Positions 57,955-64,000 of a DNA stretch of 64,000 bases are shown here, in pieces. Position numbers and translations under genes: made by a program. How positions within the stretch are numbered: the first letter of the stretch is position 1; each line of letters starts with the position of its first letter. This DNA comes from an uncultured bacterium (lineage in GTDB: Bacteria > Fidelibacterota > UBA2242), in assembly GCA_964588795.1 (NCBI GenBank), contig CAZPQN010000003.1, forward strand, positions 18,639 to 82,638. Direction: 5' to 3'. The notes beneath the pieces were generated by a model. It was not told the origin of the DNA and ran no database searches. It saw only the letters and a program-made list of their open reading frames with translations.

Positions 57955-58920
57955 CTATTTTGAAGGAAAATGACAATGAAAACACCGGCCGCCGGCAGAA
58001 ACTGTCATTGGCGGTGATTCTTCCAAACACACCTTCCGGCGGTTCGGACAGCGGGTCACGAAACGGCAACCGCGTCCGGGAACATTTTGGGTAAATTCCG
58101 GCGCGTTCGGGCTGAAGGGTTGATTGTTCAACAAGGCGCGCCAGGCGGCAGTCAGCAACTGCGTATATGGATGATGGGGAGCCTCAATCAGGTTTGCGGC
58201 TGGTCCGGATTCGATCGCTTCCCCGGCGTACATGACCAATAAATGATCGGCAAATTTGTGCACGTTTAATAGATCGTGCGTGACGATGATAACCGACAAA
58301 CCGGTTTCCTGACACCGACGATTTAGCAGGTCAATTAAATCGCGCCGCGCTATTGCATCTAAGGCGGTGGAAGGTTCGTCCACGATCAGGATTTCCGGTT
58401 TTCCGGCCAGCGCCATGGCCAGTGCGACGCGTTGTTGCATGCCACCGGATAATTCAAAAGGAAACGCATCCATAATCCGCCGGGGATTTTCGAATCCAAC
58501 CGAGACCAGCAGGTCTTCAAGCGCGGTGGCCAGCTCTGTCCGTGAAAGGGTCTGAGTCGTCGCAATTACATCGCTAAGCTGACGTCCGCATTTCAGTACC
58601 GGATTCAGTGAAGCAGGTGTGTCCTGAAAGACAAACCCGATAATCCGGCCGCGTATGAATTCCAGCACCTGCTGATCGGCATGGTCTATTTTTCCCGAGA
58701 ACCGGCCGGATTCGAGGCGGATTTCACCGGTAAGTCTAAATCCGCGAGGCAATAATCTGACCAATGCCCTGCAAAGCATCGTTTTACCACTGCCGGATTC
58801 ACCGCAAATCGCAAGCTTGGCGCCGGGCGGCAGGTGCAAGGAAATAGCACTGACCAGCGTTTTTTGCCCCGTCTCTGATTCACGCAGGACAGTCAGGTTT
58901 TTTATTTCCAATAAAGCCAT
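57955..58920 (-). CDS. peptide ABC transporter ATP-binding protein (OppF/DppF-like, with C-terminal oligopeptide domain)
   Basis: Walker A GESGSGKT, LSGGMQQRVALAMA, IVDEPSTALD. Confidence 0.85.
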   Translation of the reverse strand: MALLEIKNLTVLRESETGQKTLVSAISLHLPPGAKLAICGESGSGKTMLCRALVRLLPRGFRLTGEIRLESGRFSGKIDHADQQVLEFIRGRIIGFVFQDTPASLNPVLKCGRQLSDVIATTQTLSRTELATALEDLLVSVGFENPRRIMDAFPFELSGGMQQRVALAMALAGKPEILIVDEPSTALDAIARRDLIDLLNRRCQETGLSVIIVTHDLLNVHKFADHLLVMYAGEAIESGPAANLIEAPHHPYTQLLTAAWRALLNNQPFSPNAPEFTQNVPGRGCRFVTRCPNRRKVCLEESPPMTVSAGGRCFHCHFPSK

Positions 58921-58921
58921 C

Positions 58922-59704
58922 TCAAACGTCCAATTCAGCCGCTTCCAGCAGTGCGCGGGTCAAAGCTGTGCGTGGTTGGCTAAACAGCACGGCAGTCGGT
59001 TCGTATTCAATCAGGTGGCCCCGCGCAATTATCCCAACCCTATCCGCAAGGGAGCGGACGGTCAACAGGTCGTGGGCAATCAGGATTAGCGTGAGCTTTT
59101 GCGTGCTCTTCAGGTGTCGGAGCAGGTCAGTCAATTGCACTTGAATTAACAGATCCTGAGCGGAAAAAGGTTCATCTAATATCAACAGCTCCGGCTTGGC
59201 GGCCAGCGCCCGGGCTATACACACGCGCTGTTTCTGTCCCCCGCTTAGCTGGGCGGGATAGCGTTCGATTAGCTCTGCGCTAAGTTCGACCATCTGTAAA
59301 AAATGCATTACCTGGTCAAGACACTCGCGTTTTGAGAGGTTTTTAGCACACGCCTCCGCTATCGCCGCTCCGATATTCAGATGGGGATTGAGGGCGCCTC
59401 CGGCATCCTGAAAAATGAGTTGTATTTTTCGTGGCGCGCCTCGAGCCTGATCATCTAATTTTTCGCCTCTAAACCGGATGATACCGCTTTCCGGTTTTAA
59501 AAAACCGGCCAGCGCCATGGCCAGCGAGGTCTTGCCACCTCCGGAAGGCCCGACGAAAGCGACGGTCTCTCCGGGATTAATCGCAAAAGAAATTCCGGAA
59601 ATGACAGGCCGATAGTTTTGTCGTTTCCCGATCAGCCCGGGAGTGCAAGGATAACCTGCAGTTAAGTTTTCGACGGATAGGAGCGATTCTACCATACGTT
59701 TCAC
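58922..59704 (-). CDS. peptide ABC transporter ATP-binding protein (OppD/DppD-like, short)
   Basis: GPSGGGKTS, LSGGQKQRVCIARA, LILDEPFSAQD. Confidence 0.85.
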   Translation of the reverse strand: MKRMVESLLSVENLTAGYPCTPGLIGKRQNYRPVISGISFAINPGETVAFVGPSGGGKTSLAMALAGFLKPESGIIRFRGEKLDDQARGAPRKIQLIFQDAGGALNPHLNIGAAIAEACAKNLSKRECLDQVMHFLQMVELSAELIERYPAQLSGGQKQRVCIARALAAKPELLILDEPFSAQDLLIQVQLTDLLRHLKSTQKLTLILIAHDLLTVRSLADRVGIIARGHLIEYEPTAVLFSQPRTALTRALLEAAELDV

Positions 59705-60531
59705 ATCCGTCGTTCTTCGAATAATTGCTTCAATCCGTCGCCGATCAGATTAAGGCCGGTAACGGTCAATACGATACAAGCTCCGGCAAACGCTGACAAC
59801 CACCAGGCACCAACGGGATCCTGGCGCCCCTGGTTCAATAGCGTCCCCCAACTGGCAGTCGGTTCCTGCACGCCTAAACCGAGAAAACTCAATCCGGATT
59901 CGACAATGATCACTGTGCCGATGAGAAGCGTAAAGCTCGTCACCACCACGCCGGCAATATTTGGTAAAATATAAGCCGTAAGAATCCTGAAACGGGAAAC
60001 CCCGAGCCCCTGCGCGGCTTTGACGTACAACGCCTGATTAACCAGCATGCTTTCCGCGTGCACCACGCGCGCCGTTTCCATCCAGGAAAAGGCTACAATG
60101 ATCTGCAGTGTAAGCCAGGGCGAGTTGTGCCAGATACTGGCACACAACAGGATTGCAAACAAGCGCGGAAAGCCTAAAAAGACATCGGTCAATCTCATCA
60201 GTACCCGGTCAATCAAACCCCCAGTCGTTCCGGCTATCATGCCGATTAGGGTGCCAATGAGAGTCGCCAGTACGGCCGCGCCAAAAGCCATGGCAAGCGT
60301 AAGCCGCGTACCGAAAATAAGGCGGGCGAATACATCGCGACCGAAATAATCCGTACCGCATAAATGCCGGGCAGACGGCGCGGCCAGAGTCATTGATAAA
60401 TTCTGCGTATCCGGTGCATGTCTGGTCAGAGCACCCTGCATAATCGCGATAATTAAAAAAGGTAGGATAATGACCAGGCCGGTACGGCAATTTTTATTTC
60501 TGAAGAATGGGTGCCAGAAAACTGATTTCAT
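59701..60531 (-). CDS. peptide ABC transporter permease (OppC/DppC-like)
   Basis: 6 TM, EAA-like loop region, overlaps neighbours by 4 nt. Confidence 0.85.
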   Translation of the reverse strand: MKSVFWHPFFRNKNCRTGLVIILPFLIIAIMQGALTRHAPDTQNLSMTLAAPSARHLCGTDYFGRDVFARLIFGTRLTLAMAFGAAVLATLIGTLIGMIAGTTGGLIDRVLMRLTDVFLGFPRLFAILLCASIWHNSPWLTLQIIVAFSWMETARVVHAESMLVNQALYVKAAQGLGVSRFRILTAYILPNIAGVVVTSFTLLIGTVIIVESGLSFLGLGVQEPTASWGTLLNQGRQDPVGAWWLSAFAGACIVLTVTGLNLIGDGLKQLFEERRM

Positions 60532-61490
60532 CGGGCAGGCCTCAGCCGCGGATCGGCAAAACGATAAAGCAGATCTGCCATTAAATTGCCCCCTACGACC
60601 GCCATCAGGGCGATGACGCTGGTAGCCAAAATGACCGGGTAATCACGCGCCTGGGCGGCTTCCAACATCAATCTGCCCATTCCGGGAATGGTAAAAATCA
60701 CCTCCACTAACACAGCTCCACTGAACAGCAGCGGCCAACTTGTTCCGATCAGGGTGATCTGCGGCAGGAGGCAATTCCGAAAAGCATAGTCGTAGACGAT
60801 ACGGCGGTTTGTTATACCATGCGCACGGGCAGCGATAATATAGTCGGCGTTCAGGGCGTTCACCATGCTCGTACGCATGTAACGGTAAAAAACCGCACTC
60901 ATCGGTAATCCCAGGGTGATTACCGGCAGAACCAGATGACGAATATAATCAACCACTCGCGCTCCGCAATCCAGTTGATCATGGAAGGGAGATTCCAAAA
61001 GCGCCGCCGGAAACCAGTGCAACCTGATCGCTCCGATACTGAGGACGAGCAACCCTAACCAATAAACCGGCAAAGCATTAAAAAAAAACATTACCCCGGT
61101 CGTCAACCGATCAAAAACACTGCCCGCACGCACCGCCGCCTGAATACCAAGGAAAATCCCACTGACCAGCGCCAGGATTAACGCCGATCCAACGACCAAT
61201 ATCGAAGCGGGCAACGCTGCCCGCACCAAATGCATGGCGGGTATGCCGGACTGTACTGAATAACCAAAATCTCCGTGCAAAACCAGACGATTCAGCCATT
61301 TCAGGTATTGGATAAACAGCGGCTGATCCAGACCAAAACGCTGCTGGAGAACGGTCTGGGTTTCCGCATCGATTCCCGGGCGAAAATAACGGTCAGCTGG
61401 ACTGCCGGGCGCCAGGTGAACGATAAAGAAAGCCAGCGAAATCCCTAAGAAAATAACCAAAAGGGATTCGAGCAGGCGCCTTAAAATCAT
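60528..61490 (-). CDS. peptide ABC transporter permease (OppB/DppB-like)
   Basis: N-terminal MILRRLLESLLVIFLGISLAFFIVHLAPGSP classic OppB/DppB start. Confidence 0.85.
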   Translation of the reverse strand: MILRRLLESLLVIFLGISLAFFIVHLAPGSPADRYFRPGIDAETQTVLQQRFGLDQPLFIQYLKWLNRLVLHGDFGYSVQSGIPAMHLVRAALPASILVVGSALILALVSGIFLGIQAAVRAGSVFDRLTTGVMFFFNALPVYWLGLLVLSIGAIRLHWFPAALLESPFHDQLDCGARVVDYIRHLVLPVITLGLPMSAVFYRYMRTSMVNALNADYIIAARAHGITNRRIVYDYAFRNCLLPQITLIGTSWPLLFSGAVLVEVIFTIPGMGRLMLEAAQARDYPVILATSVIALMAVVGGNLMADLLYRFADPRLRPAR

Positions 61491-61501
61491 TACAGTTACT
61501 T

Positions 61502-63247
61502 CTAATTAAAAGCCTGATCCGCTGGAATGCGTTCTTCCAGAGGAATCCACCAGTCTTCGAGATTATTGTACATCCCGCGCTTGTCGATTATGACCGACTT
61601 AAATCGCCGGTGGAGGGCGCTACACTCCAGCTTATAGTACAGCCAGGTGTAGGGCAAATCTTCCGACAGTAAAGCGGCAATCTTGTCCCATTCTTTCTGG
61701 GCAATATGCGGATCGAGCGTCGCTCGCGCATTGTCTTCCAGCACATCAAAAACCGGCGAATAGTAACCCGTAAAATGAAAGGGAATAAAAAAACTCTGAC
61801 TATGAAAAAGGGGGGTCAACTCCATTTTCAAGCCGACGTTCCAACCGAATAACACGGCATCAAATGTGCGACCGGTCAGGATTCGCGTCGTTAACAGACC
61901 CGGATCCACACTGCGGGTAGTGATTTTCACTCCGATGCTTTTCCACTGCTCCTGGAGCATCGTCATTACGGTTTGCCGGCGGATATTCCCGGTGTTGGTC
62001 ACGAGTTCAAAGGTAAAGGGATTTCCATCTTTATCCAATATCCCATCGCCATCGGTGTCGCGCCAGCCTTCCTCTGCTAACCACTGTCGGGCCAGTTTGG
62101 GATTATAGTCGTATTGGTGATTCGCATCGGGATTATATGCCCAGATGATCAACGGGATTGGACCATGCATGGGTATCGCCTGACCGGCATTGACTACCTC
62201 GGTTATTTTCTGACGATCCACGGCTATCGTCAGAGCCGCCCGCACTTTTTGCTTACCAAATAGGGGGTGCGGTTTCAGATACCTGGCGAAATCCTTGCGA
62301 GCCGCAGGCGGCAATTTGGCAATTGCCTGGTAACTGTCGCCGTCCAACAGATTCCAGCCGATGAAATCGTACTGCCGTCCCAGGTAACTGATCGGCCGGA
62401 TGGGAATGTCTCCGGCGTTCCAAGCCTTCTGAAGGCGCAGGAAATCCTGAGGTAGCAGACCTTCGGCTAAGTCAATTTCGCCACTCCTTAATTGCTGGAA
62501 CAGACTGACGTTATCCGGCACAAAACGAAAGACAATCCTTTCAAGATGGGGTTTGCCTGCCAAATAAAAATCCGCATGCTTGGCTAAAACTAAATATTGC
62601 TGGTTTTTCCATTCAACTAAATGGTAAGGTCCGCAACCGACTGGCTGACGATTGAAAACATGGGTGAACAGCTCGGCTGGCTTTACGGATTCCAACACAT
62701 GGCGGGGAACAATATAGCCTTCGACTGCATCCATCACCATCGTCGGAGTCGGCTTTTTAAAACAAAAGATTACTGTAGAATCATCCTCGGCGCGGACGTC
62801 CAGAATATCGTCTTTATAGGAGGCACCGTCCCAGCTGATCGTCGGATCGATTTGCAGATGATAAGTAAAGACTATATCCGCGGCCGTAAGGGGTTGTCCG
62901 TCATGCCATTTTGCATCAGTTCGCAAGTGAAAACGCACCGTTCTGCCATCCGATGCGATGTCCCAGGACCTGGCTAATGCTGGTTGTAGACTTACCAAAT
63001 CACTGTCAAGATTAGCCAGACGAGAAAAAATCAAACCCATCACGTTTTGGGCCGGCTGGGACAAAGCGATCAGTGGATTCAAACCTTCCGGTTCGGCATT
63101 GAGTCCAGCCACCAACACTCCTCCGTCAACGACAACTGCGGAAGCTGCCCCCGAGCGATCAGTGGCTTTTGGGCGTTCTACGCGCTGACAACTGACCAAG
63201 AGGATGACGATACTTGTGAGGATCAACCCCGAGTAACGGCGGCTCAA
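61502..63247 (-). CDS. ABC transporter substrate-binding protein, family 5 (peptide/nickel/opine)
   Basis: Lipoprotein-like signal (VSCQ), 581 aa, SBP_bac_5 layout. Confidence 0.8.
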   Translation of the reverse strand: MSRRYSGLILTSIVILLVSCQRVERPKATDRSGAASAVVVDGGVLVAGLNAEPEGLNPLIALSQPAQNVMGLIFSRLANLDSDLVSLQPALARSWDIASDGRTVRFHLRTDAKWHDGQPLTAADIVFTYHLQIDPTISWDGASYKDDILDVRAEDDSTVIFCFKKPTPTMVMDAVEGYIVPRHVLESVKPAELFTHVFNRQPVGCGPYHLVEWKNQQYLVLAKHADFYLAGKPHLERIVFRFVPDNVSLFQQLRSGEIDLAEGLLPQDFLRLQKAWNAGDIPIRPISYLGRQYDFIGWNLLDGDSYQAIAKLPPAARKDFARYLKPHPLFGKQKVRAALTIAVDRQKITEVVNAGQAIPMHGPIPLIIWAYNPDANHQYDYNPKLARQWLAEEGWRDTDGDGILDKDGNPFTFELVTNTGNIRRQTVMTMLQEQWKSIGVKITTRSVDPGLLTTRILTGRTFDAVLFGWNVGLKMELTPLFHSQSFFIPFHFTGYYSPVFDVLEDNARATLDPHIAQKEWDKIAALLSEDLPYTWLYYKLECSALHRRFKSVIIDKRGMYNNLEDWWIPLEERIPADQAFN

Positions 63248-64000
63248 CTGACAACCGGAGCTTTTTTAATTCTGGCAGTCGATTCTGAGATAGTGTAAAT
63301 GATTTTTTCGATTGAGAACGGTTTACTGATAATAAAATCTACGATGTTGGCGGTATCCCGTTCATCGAGATTCAACCCCCATCCCGACATCAGAATTATC
63401 TGGGTGCTGGGATTGATGTTTTTTAGCCGGGACGCCAGTTCAAGTCCGTTCATTTCGGGCATACCCAAGTCGGTGATTACGATTTCGTAGTTGTTTTTCT
63501 GGAACCGTTCAACGGCACTGAGGGGAGAACTGCTGATGGTGACGGCATGTCCCAATTCAGTTAGCAGTTCCGACATGATATCGAGAATATACTCCTCATC
63601 GTCCACCACCAGAATTCTGCAGGGCGCGATTTCTGGTTCCTGGGAAGAGACCGGAACTTCACTCGGTTTTTCGGCCTTGTTAAACCAGAGCCGAATCGTG
63701 GTTCCGCGCCCGACATGACTATAAATCGAGATGCGAGCGTTATGGCGACGGATGATGCCCCAGACCTCGCTCATTCCCAAACCGGTTCCGAAAACACCTT
63801 TGGTTGAAAAGAAGGGATCAAAGATTTTCTCCCGAACCTCCTCGGTCATTCCGATGCCGGTATCAATAAAATCGCAGACCACATGCCCGTCATTCTGGTA
63901 GGTTTTAATGGTCAGCACCCCACCTTCCGGCATGGCATCTACCGCATTGAAGATGATATTGGTAAAGGCATTGCGAAGATCAGAGGTATCACCGTTGATA
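63244..64000 (-). CDS. hybrid sensor histidine kinase/response regulator (partial; 5' end beyond window)
   Basis: HATPase_c region (GTGLGMSEV) followed by receiver domain ILVVDDEEYILDIMSELL...VITDLGMPEMNGLEL; frame remains open to position 64000. Confidence 0.7.
   Translation of the reverse strand, partial: INGDTSDLRNAFTNIIFNAVDAMPEGGVLTIKTYQNDGHVVCDFIDTGIGMTEEVREKIFDPFFSTKGVFGTGLGMSEVWGIIRRHNARISIYSHVGRGTTIRLWFNKAEKPSEVPVSSQEPEIAPCRILVVDDEEYILDIMSELLTELGHAVTISSSPLSAVERFQKNNYEIVITDLGMPEMNGLELASRLKNINPSTQIILMSGWGLNLDERDTANIVDFIISKPFSIEKIIYTISESTARIKKAPVVS

Noticed and set aside
1-64000. CRISPR arrays, transposases, phage integrases, toxin-antitoxin pairs
   Set aside because: Scanned for regularly spaced direct repeats and for DDE/tyrosine-recombinase-like ORFs; none found

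Overview
The window reads as ordinary chromosomal DNA from an anaerobic bacterium with about 50% GC and fermentative, amino-acid-degrading metabolism. I called about 58 CDS and one tRNA-Lys(UUU). I found no CRISPR array, no transposase or integrase, and no rRNA. The ORF track sometimes uses TTG or GTG starts, so several 5' ends are approximate.

On the minus strand, in order:
- a HAMP-PAS sensor with no output domain, then pfkA;
- a secreted hydrolase set: a GH20 hexosaminidase, a C1 peptidase and a DUF1343 protein;
- an SsnA-like amidohydrolase, a cyclic amidohydrolase and a fold-type-II PLP enzyme, which is the E. coli ssnA/hyuA purine/selenium neighbourhood type;
- copA;
- a TetR-controlled operon with a perfect 14+4+14 bp palindromic operator: an MMPL/RND exporter, a LolA-like periplasmic protein, an outer-membrane beta-barrel, and a 947-aa HExxH / beta-propeller protein;
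- an eight-gene amino-acid fermentation operon: ilvE, an AhpD-like protein, nfnAB, an aminotransferase, and a 2-oxoacid:ferredoxin oxidoreductase with delta, alpha and fused beta-gamma subunits.

On the plus strand, in order:
- a serine-pathway pair (a class V aminotransferase and serA) with a DUF1015 protein;
- a Tat-secreted D-aminoacylase;
- a short ResB-like protein, ccsA, and an overlapping atypical nitroreductase;
- a ferritin-like protein, MscS and a GNAT-like protein;
- a MATE transporter followed by a three-gene flavodoxin / extracytoplasmic FMN-bind / membrane flavodoxin-ferredoxin module;
- a second LolA-like protein translationally coupled to an ABC ATPase plus two FtsX permeases, next to a putative outer-membrane protein.

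The window ends with a rhomboid-recO-proS block, a split Na/Pi cotransporter, and an opp/dpp-type peptide ABC operon preceded by a partial hybrid histidine kinase.

The most interesting feature is the duplication of a non-canonical LolA-like carrier. One copy is wired to an RND/MMPL exporter and one to a LolCDE-like ABC exporter, and each sits near a putative outer-membrane protein. This suggests two uncharacterised envelope lipid or lipoprotein trafficking systems.
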